DNA from: a virus
Taxonomy: Duplodnaviria; Caudoviricetes
Reading direction: 5' to 3' (one strand)
Length of the DNA stretch: 60,446 bases
IMG/VR virus record: IMGVR_UViG_3300023245_000015
Coordinates: 1-60,446 of that record
Below, piece after piece: positions 37,166 to 47,404 of the stretch. A model generated the notes under the pieces. That model searched no databases. It worked only from the letters and a program-made list of their open reading frames with translations, and had not been told where the DNA came from. How positions within the stretch are numbered: position 1 is the first letter of the stretch; every line of letters starts with the position of its first letter. A program made the position numbers and the translations under genes.

Positions 37166-38101
37166 TTAAGCAGCGTCGTCAGTCCAGTGAATGATACGTG
37201 CTTGTGCAGCACTCGTTTGTGCAAGACCGTATCCAAGCTCAGCATACCAAGCAATACCGCGTGATCGACCAAAGTCAGTAGGAATCTTACCGCGAATTTC
37301 TTCAGGAATGGCAAATGCTTCTACAACGGTGTCTGCACCGAAAAAGAAAATGTCATCTGAATTGGATGAACCCGTAGCAGCGATGCCCGTTTGCTCAACA
37401 TAGCGAATGCCTTCATAACGGCCTTTCTCGCCATTCATAATTGTGTGCCAACCTTCAGACGTGTACTGGTGAATATCTTCTAAGAAGTTTTTCATGTACC
37501 GAATGTTAGAAGGACGCGTGATTGCAACGTAGTTCGTACCGTCGTAAGTGGGAATATCCCGCTCAACCATTGTGTCAGATATAACTTTTGCATGGCTCAA
37601 AGTTGCTTCGTTCGCAAATTCGTGGCTATGTGCTGTACCTGGATTACTTGCTTCATTTAACGTAAATGCTGTAGCAGTAGATGCTGTCGCTTTCAAGGGT
37701 GACAACTTAAACTGGGCATGAGCTGCTGCGTCAAGTGCTTTCCGTGCGTCGTTCTTTAGAACTTTATGGATCACCTCAGTGATAGGTTGTTCAGACAGAT
37801 CGTCTAATTTCTTGGTGAAAGGTACGCTGTTACCATACTCTGTGATCGTCAGGGAAGCCTGAGTGACCGTAAAGTTTGTTTCTGGCATCTGTGTAGTTTC
37901 ATTCAGTACGCCACCTTGTGTGACAACATCTGAATACACGTTCCAGTTAAAAGTTTCGCCTTTACCCAAACCAAAAGCTTCTCTTGCGTCACAAAACTGA
38001 CGAAAGCGAACCATTGGTTGTAGTGCTGTACGGAGTTTTCGAGACAAATTGTCCGAATACATAAACCCGCCTAGTGCGTTTGTGCCCCAAATCTGTGACA
38101 T
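37166..38101 (-). CDS. major capsid protein (N4-gp56-like family)
   Basis: FRQFCD, LTITEYGNSVP, GEKGRYEGIRYVE, DFGRSRGIAWY. Confidence 0.85.
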   Translation of the reverse strand: MSQIWGTNALGGFMYSDNLSRKLRTALQPMVRFRQFCDAREAFGLGKGETFNWNVYSDVVTQGGVLNETTQMPETNFTVTQASLTITEYGNSVPFTKKLDDLSEQPITEVIHKVLKNDARKALDAAAHAQFKLSPLKATASTATAFTLNEASNPGTAHSHEFANEATLSHAKVISDTMVERDIPTYDGTNYVAITRPSNIRYMKNFLEDIHQYTSEGWHTIMNGEKGRYEGIRYVEQTGIAATGSSNSDDIFFFGADTVVEAFAIPEEIRGKIPTDFGRSRGIAWYAELGYGLAQTSAAQARIIHWTDDAA

Positions 38102-38129
38102 GTTCTATTCCTCAATAGTCGACATCTTA

Positions 38130-39152
38130 TTACGGCTGTCCACGTGCTTCACGAACCTGTCGTAATGCATCAGAAGGTGTTTGTGCCTCTTCTGTCGGTG
38201 GTGCTTCCCTGGCCGCTGTACGGCTAGCTGGCATAGCAACAAGATTATCTTTTTGTTGTTGTCGATTGTTTATATTAGCGTCAGTTGTTAATGGTGCTCC
38301 TTTCAGAGTGTTTAACCATTTATCAGTCCTGGCCGCTGCTTCCAAAATTACCTCAACTGGACCCCATTCAGGATGTTCGTTCGAGACAATGTTGGTATGA
38401 CTATTTGCAACCGCGAATAGCTCAGGATCTTTAGCCAGATGAGGATAGTTATCTTCAAAAGCCTTGTACCCATCTTGAAACTGTTGTTGTTCTTCAGCTT
38501 CTCTATCTACAGCATCCTTCTCGGCCTGCTCTTTGCGGATTGCTTCTCGTGTTTGATTGACAAGATCAGCCGCATTAATCGGAGTCTGTGATGATGTCCG
38601 TGAGGCAATTCCTGATAAAACACTCGCTAACTTATCGCTTGCGACTTCAGCATCATCATCGATCAATGTGTTGAAGATTTCGCGGGCTTCATTTTTGAAG
38701 TCCAGTTTTTCCACGTCCGGGGCACCGGATAGCGGTTCTGCAACAAACCGTGATTGTAGCGCAGCTTCTTCTAGCCGTAGCTTATCCTCACGTTCTGCTA
38801 AATTCTTTGACCAGTCAGCATTCTCATTCATCCGTTTTCTGGATGCTTGTTCCAACTGTCGTTCTTTCTGTATCTGTGCCAGTGGTACAAGAACTTCTTG
38901 TCCGTCTACTGTCATCTTAAATAATGGCTCACCTGCTTCATCCTTTTGGATATAAGCCGCCAAAGGATCAGGCGTTGGTGTAGCTTTTTCGTGCATCGGC
39001 TCAACTGTAACGCCAGATTGCAAAATTTCGCTATTCACTTCATCTACACGTGCTGCGTTAATCGAATTGACCAAGGCATCACGTGGATTAGGCTCATTAG
39101 AGGGCTCTTTTCCAAGCTTGTCAAGTTCTTGTTGCTTTTCTTCTACGGTCAT
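38130..39152 (-). CDS. scaffolding protein
   Basis: Acidic helical protein, VDGQE..VPL, C-terminal REARGQ; upstream of the capsid gene. Confidence 0.7.
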   Translation of the reverse strand: MTVEEKQQELDKLGKEPSNEPNPRDALVNSINAARVDEVNSEILQSGVTVEPMHEKATPTPDPLAAYIQKDEAGEPLFKMTVDGQEVLVPLAQIQKERQLEQASRKRMNENADWSKNLAEREDKLRLEEAALQSRFVAEPLSGAPDVEKLDFKNEAREIFNTLIDDDAEVASDKLASVLSGIASRTSSQTPINAADLVNQTREAIRKEQAEKDAVDREAEEQQQFQDGYKAFEDNYPHLAKDPELFAVANSHTNIVSNEHPEWGPVEVILEAAARTDKWLNTLKGAPLTTDANINNRQQQKDNLVAMPASRTAAREAPPTEEAQTPSDALRQVREARGQP

Positions 39153-39481
39153 GCTCCATTCTCCTCAAGTTCGTGTACTAGTTGTTCGGACGTTTGTCCA
39201 TTTCGGATTGCTTCAACACACCAATATAGGAATTGTTCAGCCACCTTCATATTGAATTGGTGTTGTTTATATTCCGATTGACCTATGTTCTTATCTATAT
39301 CGAGATAGCACATGGCCTGTTTGGCTTCTTCACATTGTTGTACCGCTCGGTGCTGTAATAATTTACCGGTATTACTTCGAAGAAATTCCTCTACCTCAAG
39401 GCCTAACCGGGCCTCGGCAAAGTAAGTTCTCTGACTCATACTAGTGAATTGCAGATCTTCAAACGAATCTGTGTCAGACAT
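39149..39481 (-). CDS. hypothetical protein between portal and scaffold
   Basis: AAGGAG RBS; position. Confidence 0.65.
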   Translation of the reverse strand: MSDTDSFEDLQFTSMSQRTYFAEARLGLEVEEFLRSNTGKLLQHRAVQQCEEAKQAMCYLDIDKNIGQSEYKQHQFNMKVAEQFLYWCVEAIRNGQTSEQLVHELEENGA

Positions 39482-39483
39482 AG

Positions 39484-41712
39484 TTAACTCCTTGAATTAT
39501 TATTATTTTTAGTCTCCGCGTCTTTGTTTATTTTATATAATTCACGCCCACCCCTAGAGGCTTCAAGATCACGCTCATGCTGCATACGTTCTCTGGAAAT
39601 ATTGCCACTTAGATTTTCAGCATCGGATTTACTGCGACTCTGTCTGTCCGCAGTAGAAATCCCCAACTCTTTATCTTGAGCCATTCGAGCGGTTTCACGC
39701 TCATTGCGCATCGTGTTATCTTTTTCACGAATATCCAACTCACGCATTTTCGCCTGGTGTTCAAGTGGTGGAGGCTGTTCGCCTTTCTTCTCTTGTTCTT
39801 CCGCATATTCTTCTTTGCTCATCACAAACTTGATAGAACTCTTGTGTCCTAAGTTTGCAAAAATCTCGTCGGCAATAGCCTCAACCTTCATCCGCTCCAA
39901 CATACCTGGCAAGTTAGCTACTTCACGTACACCGAGTAACAGTTTTTCGACACGTCGCATTGGGTCAGTATTTCCGACACCTACATCGACATTGACTGTC
40001 AAGGACTGTCGTAATAGTTGGTCGGTGACCTCACTAACACCGAATCGTTGATACAACTCAGCCTCTTTTGCAGCTAGACTTAAAATAACTTCGTCGGTCT
40101 CGTACATCTGCACAAGCCGAACCAGCTGACCGATCGTGGTGTTTAGCCATGATTGAATAAATATGGTCTTGCCGTAATCATCTACTGCTGCAGCTTTTGA
40201 GTCTATTCGTTGAGCCGCATCCTTAGTGTCTCCCAATTTACCACTTTGCATGCCTGTACCTGAAAAACCACCACCCAGGTCGTCCATCTCGGCAGCTAAC
40301 CGGTCTTGCTCTTCATAGCTCGATCCAGTTACATCTGGTGTGTTGACTACCTTAACATCTTTTTCAGGGTCATTCATCATAACACCGCCCCCCGGGACGT
40401 TACGAATCAGTGCGTCTAGGTCTGTTTGAGAGCCTCTGCGGACAAAATATCGCTTATTCAGCACTAATTTGACATTGTCCATACGCTGATTAGCAAGAGT
40501 ATTTATCTCTTCTTGAAGCCCTGAAGTAAGTTCTACGTCGCCTGCGGGGTAGTTTCGGTGGGTTTCTATGCTGGTATAGCCCATTGTAAAGGGTCTTTCA
40601 CCGATATTTAGGTGTGGATGGGTCTCTCTGAGCCGTGTTAATTCAGTCAAAACCAGCTCTGTACCCAAGGTCCAATAGATATAATCTTCACCATTGAGCC
40701 TTAAAATGTTCATATGGGCCCAAACAATGGAATTTTCATTGCCCATGTTCTCTTCAGCAGGGTCTACACGCCTCATACCTTCTCGAGCTTGGCGAGTTCG
40801 GTCATAACTTTGACGTCTAGTAGCCAAAATAGCGGCCACACTGTGTTCACGCCATGCAGGTTTACCTGTTTTAGGGTCATTTGTGGACATCATCTCTAAT
40901 GCATCGCCCACATACACCGGTTTCATGTAAATAATGTAGGGTGATGAGCCGATCGGGTCGCGCCAGTCCGCCATCGGGTCGAATCTGAAGTTTTCAGGGG
41001 CTATCAGGTCACATACAAGGTCGTCATGACGGATAACACGGTCTTTATAACCCAGTGCTTCCCCTTGATCGTTGGTTTCCGGAGCTCCCGTGGAGTTAAA
41101 TGCAGGTTTTATGTGTTCGTCGACCTGATAATTCCAATAATTGTGTGAAAAACACACCCCATATACTTTTGCGTTCTGGTATGCGCCTAGAACTGTTAAG
41201 AACCAAGGCATTCGCTTCTTCATCCGGTACTGCAACACCGCTTTATTGATCTTAGCGGATGCCACTTGAACCGGATCCGCTGGATCTTCTGGCTCAATTA
41301 CTAATAAATCCTGTGATCCAAAGGTGGATGTAGCAAAAGAAGCTTCTTGTGCCTTCAGATTAGTTCGGGTTTTGGGTCTAAAGATCGCTGACCGTTTAAA
41401 ATTCTGTTGAGTGTAGGTGGATCCAGGGGCATGCTCACTACGAAAGTGAGATAAGTTCTTCTCCCAGGTATTGGTGATATTCGCGTCTAGGTAATCTGTG
41501 GATGTCGTGTAATTTTGTTGGGCTTTTTGGATCAGCCACGTATCTGAGCCCTCTTCATTAGACGGTTCTGTGGACTTTTCGACATTGTCATCAAGAGAAT
41601 CACTGTTGTATTCAGATTGACTTGATTGTTCTGGTGTGTTGTTGTCTGGCTGCGGAGCATTGCCTGGTTCAGGAATTATCCCCGTTTCGTCTTCTATGAT
41701 TTGATCAACCAT
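39484..41712 (-). CDS. portal protein
   Basis: RSAIFRPKT, PENFRFDP, LQEEIN...NQRMDNV.L.LN; 742 aa near the terminase. Confidence 0.85.
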   Translation of the reverse strand: MVDQIIEDETGIIPEPGNAPQPDNNTPEQSSQSEYNSDSLDDNVEKSTEPSNEEGSDTWLIQKAQQNYTTSTDYLDANITNTWEKNLSHFRSEHAPGSTYTQQNFKRSAIFRPKTRTNLKAQEASFATSTFGSQDLLVIEPEDPADPVQVASAKINKAVLQYRMKKRMPWFLTVLGAYQNAKVYGVCFSHNYWNYQVDEHIKPAFNSTGAPETNDQGEALGYKDRVIRHDDLVCDLIAPENFRFDPMADWRDPIGSSPYIIYMKPVYVGDALEMMSTNDPKTGKPAWREHSVAAILATRRQSYDRTRQAREGMRRVDPAEENMGNENSIVWAHMNILRLNGEDYIYWTLGTELVLTELTRLRETHPHLNIGERPFTMGYTSIETHRNYPAGDVELTSGLQEEINTLANQRMDNVKLVLNKRYFVRRGSQTDLDALIRNVPGGGVMMNDPEKDVKVVNTPDVTGSSYEEQDRLAAEMDDLGGGFSGTGMQSGKLGDTKDAAQRIDSKAAAVDDYGKTIFIQSWLNTTIGQLVRLVQMYETDEVILSLAAKEAELYQRFGVSEVTDQLLRQSLTVNVDVGVGNTDPMRRVEKLLLGVREVANLPGMLERMKVEAIADEIFANLGHKSSIKFVMSKEEYAEEQEKKGEQPPPLEHQAKMRELDIREKDNTMRNERETARMAQDKELGISTADRQSRSKSDAENLSGNISRERMQHERDLEASRGGRELYKINKDAETKNNNNSRS

Positions 41713-42142
41713 GATCGCCTCCGATTACATTGCCTTTATGATCGCGGTCAAATGCTTCAGTAATATCGATGTCATATTTTTTGTTGCGAGTCACACCGTA
41801 ACGTTCCAATATTTCCCCTGCAGCCCTGATGGCTTTTTCAATTAGCTCATGAATAGTTCCATCCATGTGCAGCAAATAGGCATCATTACCTGATAGCGCC
41901 AAACAGAATATCTCAAGGATACCGCCTGTCAAGTCTGGTCGGACACCCCATTCTCGCCCTGGGTACTCATACTCGAGCCGTGTTCCGACTTGTTTGGCAA
42001 TATAATATTCCAATTTAGCTTGATTCTCGCTCTCACTGTCTTCCAGATTAATTTCATTGCTATCAGTGACCGCTTGGCGCCCACGACCTCCTCCAGGTAT
42101 CCATATATTGGAAGCTTTTTTAGGGACGATAAGATCTGTCAT
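41705..42142 (-). CDS. hypothetical protein
   Basis: YPG..W, RAAGEILERY motif. Confidence 0.65.
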   Translation of the reverse strand: MTDLIVPKKASNIWIPGGGRGRQAVTDSNEINLEDSESENQAKLEYYIAKQVGTRLEYEYPGREWGVRPDLTGGILEIFCLALSGNDAYLLHMDGTIHELIEKAIRAAGEILERYGVTRNKKYDIDITEAFDRDHKGNVIGGDHG

Positions 42143-43587
42143 ATAAATTCCGGTTCAAAATCTGATTCTGGTTCAAAGGATTGTCGCCCTGCGTCACCTA
42201 GCTCTTCTGCAAAGGTATGGGCAAGTGCATCTGCTTCATCTGGCGAGCCAGCGCCGCGCTTCTTCATGTCGGCTTTTCGCTCTAGTCGATATTTATTCTT
42301 GTCATCAAAGCCGTACTCAATGCCGATCAAGCCGGCTTTCAGTGTCATATCTTTAGGAATATCTGCACCGGCTTCTAGCCACTCGCGCATCTTGTACCAC
42401 ATCTCGACACGTTTGTTAAAGAACAACTCAGTGTCTGCTGGCTTAGACCCAGCGTTGACTTCCATGACATTGTAATTGAGTTGTCTCAGTCTGTCGACCA
42501 CGCCTGCACCAACGCCCACTCCATCGACAAAGGTTGCCAGGGGCTGGTACTGGTCTATTAGTACAGAAACACGGCGGGAGGTCTCCATAAGATCTGTCTC
42601 AACCCACTTATGCAATCCGACGACCTTTCGACCTTGCCGGGCCATTACTACATTTTTGTCGTCACCAAAACGTGCCACGTCAACTCCCAAAATAATTGGC
42701 ATGTGATAATAAACTTCAAGATCTAGATTTGTCAGTTGGGCTAGATCGACACAGTCTGAGCCTATAAACTGGGTGGAGCCTGCACGAGGGAACTCCCCTT
42801 TAATACGCACTCTGACAAAGTCGGAATCCTCTCCATAGGTTTCTATCAGAGAGTCGAGTTCCTTCTTGTTGGTCATCTTACACGTTCTGCTATCGATCTG
42901 CCTGGTACGCCACCGTGCTGCGTCTGAGTCGAAGCAATCACGGAAGCGCCCGGTGTTCCTTGTGGGGTTTCCAAAAACGAACCACATGGCCTTGGTGGTG
43001 GTCATTGAGCCTTCAGAGACCTCCCATATCTTGTCAGGTATGCCGCTGGCTTCATCATAGATCGTCATGACGTGCTGGCCGTGCAGCCCGGCGAAGCCTT
43101 CAGAGTTGTGTTCAGTATTCGGAATCGCTTTAAAAAACCATGTCTCTGGATGTTCGCGGTGCGAAAATGACGTCGCTGTCCATTTAAACCAGTGTGTATT
43201 AATCATCCGCTTATGCCATAAAGCAAGCTCTCGCCATGTCTTGGTGGTCAACTGGCTCGTCGTATTGGCGGTTACAACACCAGTAATGTGAGGCCTGGTG
43301 CTCACTGCCCACAGGATCAACCAGGATACCTCACATGACTTGCCGATGCCGTGACCAGATGCTATGGCCTCACGGATGTTGGTCTCAGGGTTCTTTCGGA
43401 ATGCTTCACCGACGTCGTGTAATTGCTGGGCTTGCCAGTCATCGGGACCGTCCATGTCAGTCAGATCACCATGACCCCAGTCAAACGCATAGTACACAAA
43501 GCCTAGCGGGTCGTCATAGAATTCTGCAATATCGACCAGCAACTCATTCTCGAACTGGACTTTGCCCATGACCTCTTTTTTAGCCAC
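42139..43587 (-). CDS. terL: terminase large subunit (APSE/BPP-1-like)
   Basis: ASGHGIGKS, YDEASGI, FGNPTRNTGRF, LGVDVARFGDD, SPDEADAL. Confidence 0.93.
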   Translation of the reverse strand: MAKKEVMGKVQFENELLVDIAEFYDDPLGFVYYAFDWGHGDLTDMDGPDDWQAQQLHDVGEAFRKNPETNIREAIASGHGIGKSCEVSWLILWAVSTRPHITGVVTANTTSQLTTKTWRELALWHKRMINTHWFKWTATSFSHREHPETWFFKAIPNTEHNSEGFAGLHGQHVMTIYDEASGIPDKIWEVSEGSMTTTKAMWFVFGNPTRNTGRFRDCFDSDAARWRTRQIDSRTCKMTNKKELDSLIETYGEDSDFVRVRIKGEFPRAGSTQFIGSDCVDLAQLTNLDLEVYYHMPIILGVDVARFGDDKNVVMARQGRKVVGLHKWVETDLMETSRRVSVLIDQYQPLATFVDGVGVGAGVVDRLRQLNYNVMEVNAGSKPADTELFFNKRVEMWYKMREWLEAGADIPKDMTLKAGLIGIEYGFDDKNKYRLERKADMKKRGAGSPDEADALAHTFAEELGDAGRQSFEPESDFEPEFI

Positions 43588-44011
43588 GTTTAGACGCCTT
43601 CACTATTTGAATAATGCTGTTGGTGTAAACATCACGTTGTGATGCGTAACGTACCGCGGCAGCGGCATTACATTGAAAGTCCATAGCTGCTATAGCCCAA
43701 TCTGAACCGGAACCGATTGCGCACTTATTGGTCACTTCCATGGGATACAGCAAAAAATCATACTCGAAAAGTCCTTTACTGGTTAGTATGAATGCTGCAA
43801 ATTCTTCAGATATTTTGGGTTTATCATTTTGCGGTTGGCCGTGGAGCACCCATTCCTTAAATATTCCGGTCTCTGAATGATAGCCTGTTGTGGCTATCCA
43901 CAAATTGGCTTTGAGCTTGATAATCTTCTCCGTGGAGCCGACTATCGTATCGGCTGAACTCAGCTGGGTATCCGCTGCAAGGCTTACTCCATCCCATGCA
44001 ATTGTGGTCAT
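43580..44011 (-). CDS. HslV/proteasome-beta-like Ntn protease
   Basis: MTTIAWDG..LAAD, KI, AIGSG, D.YT. Confidence 0.75.
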   Translation of the reverse strand: MTTIAWDGVSLAADTQLSSADTIVGSTEKIIKLKANLWIATTGYHSETGIFKEWVLHGQPQNDKPKISEEFAAFILTSKGLFEYDFLLYPMEVTNKCAIGSGSDWAIAAMDFQCNAAAAVRYASQRDVYTNSIIQIVKASKRG

Positions 44012-44012
44012 T

Positions 44013-44756
44013 CTACTCTCCAGGGTCTGAACTTTCTATCGTCTGAGTGATCAACGGCATTATGTTTTTGACCAATTTCTCCTTGTGTTTGGATGCGCTA
44101 GTGGCCTTACGGCGACGAGCCTCTTCCAGAGTAGTCGCATGGTCGATCACCTGCACCTTGTGTTCGTTCTGAATCTTGGCACCAAACTGTTTGGAGAATA
44201 AACGCTCCATGAGCCACTGCCGGTTTTTCGTCTTGACTTCTGAACGTCTGACCGCGGAAGGATTTGAGCGCATTCCACCCTTACCATCATCGATCAAATC
44301 GTTGGTCTCGTCGTCTGATATTTGCAAGATCTCGTCAGCCATACCCCACATTTGGGTTTGTCTGGCGAGGTCATACTTGTCACGGAGTACATCATCTGAG
44401 CGCATTAGTGAATAGAAGCTTTGGTTCGGGTTATCGATCTCTACTGGTGCATGTTCGGCTATAGTCGCGCCGGCTAAACCGCCTGCCGCGATGTTGGTTA
44501 GTATGTCCTCAACAATTTCATCTGTCCAGATGCTACGACGATACTCGTGCATCGCCTGGTCGCGCTGTTCGCGTTTATCTTCATCAAGCAGCAGACAGAC
44601 CCGGTAGGCTGCGTGGGGGATATTCGCCTGATCCCGGGCCTCTGCTACAGTAAATCCACTGACTAAGTAGCGTAGGAATTTCTCCCACCTGACTGGTGTG
44701 ATCTTCTTGTCGGCATCCTTTTCCGTCAGTTCAGCAATTTTACTGCGTTTCGACAC
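44013..44756 (-). CDS. terS: terminase small subunit
   Basis: YDLAR.....MADEILQISDD...R.W....L..K.FG; two N-terminal HTH-like units. Confidence 0.75.
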   Translation of the reverse strand: MSKRSKIAELTEKDADKKITPVRWEKFLRYLVSGFTVAEARDQANIPHAAYRVCLLLDEDKREQRDQAMHEYRRSIWTDEIVEDILTNIAAGGLAGATIAEHAPVEIDNPNQSFYSLMRSDDVLRDKYDLARQTQMWGMADEILQISDDETNDLIDDGKGGMRSNPSAVRRSEVKTKNRQWLMERLFSKQFGAKIQNEHKVQVIDHATTLEEARRRKATSASKHKEKLVKNIMPLITQTIESSDPGE

Positions 44757-44763
44757 GTTTTAG

Positions 44764-44919
44764 TTATAAATTCTTAAATGGGTTATGCGTTGGCTTCTCG
44801 ACAAAGACCTTATTCGAGAAGGTATACGTTGGATAGTCACGCTCTGGGCCGGCTATCGCAAAAACCAAGTTGCGGATGTTAAGCTCTCGAGTTCGAGGCT
44901 TCTTCGTATTTGTTGCCAT
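44764..44919 (-). CDS. 51-aa hypothetical protein (not in the track)
   Basis: AAGGA RBS; MATNTKKPRTREL... Confidence 0.5.
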   Translation of the reverse strand: MATNTKKPRTRELNIRNLVFAIAGPERDYPTYTFSNKVFVEKPTHNPFKNL

Positions 44920-44947
44920 ATGAAATTCCTTGTCGGGGATTTAATCG

Positions 44948-45175
44948 TTAATCGTCCAGCCAGCCATCATCATCCAATTCCTCGATCTCAAGGCTTGAGG
45001 TGTTATCCGGTAACGGGATCCCCCTTTTTTGTTTTGGACTAGGCTGACTAAAACGTTCAATTAACATGGTATATAAAAATTCGGACACTGTCACGCCTTC
45101 TCGACGGGCATGTGTTCCTACCAGTTGTTTTTCTTGCTTTGACACACGAACTTGTAATGTTTTGGATCTGGACAT
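44948..45175 (-). CDS. ribbon-helix-helix DNA-binding protein
   Basis: RSKTLQVRVSKQEK.....A...GVTVSEFL. Confidence 0.7.
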   Translation of the reverse strand: MSRSKTLQVRVSKQEKQLVGTHARREGVTVSEFLYTMLIERFSQPSPKQKRGIPLPDNTSSLEIEELDDDGWLDD

Positions 45176-45645
45176 TAATCGCCTGAGATTTTGTCGTCTT
45201 TAGCGGTTAATGACCCTGTGTCGAAATCCTCGGGATTCATGTAAGTTCCGTCTGGCCGTCTAATCTCATAATGAACATGGTTGATCATTGCATCTTTGGG
45301 ATCATCAGCTGGATACCTGGCGGCGATGTCTTGGACTAGTGCCACGATTTCGCCTTTTTTGACTTTGGATTGAATCTGAAGCACATAAAGCATTGAGGTA
45401 TAAAACAATCTATGTCTCAACTGGTCAGGCTCAGATGTTATCTCAACATACCGGTAACTTAGATCATCGGGATATGGATAGCCATATTTCGTGATGATAC
45501 CAGTTACAGGACTACAGACGTAATCACCAGCATTGGCGACATAATCAATGCCATTATGTGTTCTGGAACCGCGGGGAGCGCCGAACGCGCCGTGGCCTTG
45601 ACGATCGGATCGGATCTGGGGGCCTAACTTTATCAAGGATTTCAT
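45175..45645 (-). CDS. M23 peptidase (LECT2-like), probable endolysin
   Basis: HNGID and HVH zinc motifs. Confidence 0.8.
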   Translation of the reverse strand: MKSLIKLGPQIRSDRQGHGAFGAPRGSRTHNGIDYVANAGDYVCSPVTGIITKYGYPYPDDLSYRYVEITSEPDQLRHRLFYTSMLYVLQIQSKVKKGEIVALVQDIAARYPADDPKDAMINHVHYEIRRPDGTYMNPEDFDTGSLTAKDDKISGD

Positions 45646-45830
45646 TCAGTGTCTCTCAAGTCTGTGCCGCAGAATGGACAGTAGCTTATCGTGGTCTCGA
45701 CATCAGTGCCTTCAAGCATAGGTTTATTGGTCACTCTTGAGAAATAGATTTCCCAGTTACTGTTTGTTTCAATTGCTGTCGATTGGTTACAGCGATGAAT
45801 TGGTATTCCTGACTCCACACTCCAAAGCAT
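45642..45830 (-). CDS. small zinc-finger protein
   Basis: HRC...ISYCPFCG; AAGGAG RBS. Confidence 0.65.
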   Translation of the reverse strand: MLWSVESGIPIHRCNQSTAIETNSNWEIYFSRVTNKPMLEGTDVETTISYCPFCGTDLRDTE

Positions 45831-45861
45831 ATGTTCTCCTTAAGTTTGGTTCTGGAAGAGG

Positions 45862-45890
45862 AATGTAATACAATCTTTTTCTGTTGTCAA
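45862..45890 (-). promoter_or_regulatory. sigma70 promoter of the packaging/virion operon
   Basis: TTGACA-17 bp-TACATT with an upstream A/T tract. Confidence 0.75.
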
Positions 45891-46149
45891 ATTTTTCAAA
45901 AATAAAAAAATGAGATATGAGTGTGTGAGAATCATTCTCATCTGGTCTTTCTTTTTTGTTGAGACTGAATCATGTAATCTTTTTAGGTTGAAGTAAGGGA
46001 TATAGAGCTCGGGTCAAGCCCCCGGCGCTGGCTGTTTCGTTATGAGTCTAGGCCATGAGACTCTTTTTGAGAATAGACATAACCTCCCCCCGATTAAATG
46101 ATCACATGACTGAATGATAGTGGCGACAAAATGGAATTGATCGGCACGA

Positions 46150-46255
46150 CATATGATCGCCATATGATTACTACTGTACATACATGCAGTACTGTATATC
46201 CATACAGTCATATGATTACTACTGTACATACATACAGTCATATGATCGCCATATG
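46150..46255. repeat. nested direct repeats and palindromes in a non-coding gap
   Basis: CATATG x5; 25-mer x2; two shorter repeats x2. Confidence 0.85.
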
Positions 46256-46540
46256 GCTTGCAGGCCCTGCTGTAAGCAGGTCTCACTTGAATGCTGGCCA
46301 GTTCATTGGGTGCTAGTGCGCTAGTATCCACACTGAATCATGCCATATTGGAATAGGTCTATGCTGATTGAGTCGGGTCAGGCATACATTGGCATACTGA
46401 CTGTTTCCTTTAAGGAATAGGTCAGTGCTTATGTATTCCTCGTGCGCATAGGTGACTATGCAATTAATTGCATATAGATTTTGCTATTGGGTGCCGTTCG
46501 TCGGACTAATGCCGTATTACATAAATTGTGTCATTAGTTG

Positions 46541-46568
46541 TTGCAATCGCATTGCATTAGCCTAGTAT
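46541..46568 (+). promoter_or_regulatory. putative early promoter
   Basis: TTGCAA-16 bp-TAGTAT before the first early gene. Confidence 0.4.
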
Positions 46569-46596
46569 AGCGGTTCACCTAAAAGGATTAAATGAT

Positions 46597-46800
46597 ATGC
46601 GCCATACAGATATCAGACTAACTGCACTAAAAACTTATCAGGATCATGCTAATGCTATTGACTTGATTGAATCAGATTCGCGCAATTCCAATGGCGACTG
46701 GCATAATTGTGGCGCTACCGAATTGAAAAGAGGTGCTATCGCTAAAATTGCGTCAATTAATGCGCGTATTGACATATTATGGCCAGCTGACGAGGACTAA
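46597..46800 (+). CDS. early hypothetical protein
   Basis: AAGGA RBS. Confidence 0.6.
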   Translation: MRHTDIRLTALKTYQDHANAIDLIESDSRNSNGDWHNCGATELKRGAIAKIASINARIDILWPADED

Positions 46801-46805
46801 ATATC

Positions 46806-46997
46806 ATGCAAATTTCATTCATGAACACAAAAGGTTTCAAAAGTTTATCAGGTGACATCCTGTCCCTTCATTGGGACAGTGAAACAGAACTATTTAATTT
46901 TAAAGGCCCTGCAACATTTAATGATGATGAGATAAACAAAATTTTAGCATGTGCAGAAAATGTTAATGGCTTCATTGTACTAAAAGGAAATTACTAA
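46806..46997 (+). CDS. early hypothetical protein
   Basis: GAGGA RBS. Confidence 0.6.
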   Translation: MQISFMNTKGFKSLSGDILSLHWDSETELFNFKGPATFNDDEINKILACAENVNGFIVLKGNY

Positions 46998-47386
46998 TGG
47001 ACACAAAACCTGCTTTTTATATCATATCGGCCGCACGAAAAGGCGCCACCAATAATGCACAGCGTCATGATCAACTAACGATTGATCTAGCTAGACTAGG
47101 CGCTATAAAACCCGTTGAAGGGTGCTTCGAGGGTAATTTGGAATCAGCTTTTCTAGTGATCGAAAACCCGCTAGCGGGCGAAGATCATTCGGATAAAATC
47201 AGAAAATTGCTGATCTTATACTCGCAACAATGTGCACTTTTTGTAGACTGTAATAGGGGCGCATGGTATTTATTTCCACAAGGCCATAGCCAATATTTAG
47301 GCCAATGGACTACGATCAGCAAGCCTGATCCCGATGGTAGTTACACTGTCGATCCTGTCAGTGGCTATACCTACGGTATAAAATAG
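46997..47386 (+). CDS. S-adenosylmethionine lyase (T3 SAMase-like)
   Basis: FYIISAAR, N.QRH..L, GCF.G..E, YSQQCAL, SYTVD match the T3 gp0.3 pattern. Confidence 0.75.
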   Translation: MDTKPAFYIISAARKGATNNAQRHDQLTIDLARLGAIKPVEGCFEGNLESAFLVIENPLAGEDHSDKIRKLLILYSQQCALFVDCNRGAWYLFPQGHSQYLGQWTTISKPDPDGSYTVDPVSGYTYGIK

Positions 47387-47404
47387 ACTCATCATCAAGA
47401 ATGT

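Noticed and set aside
46150-46255. CRISPR mini-array
   Set aside because: The repeats overlap and nest, with no unique regular spacers
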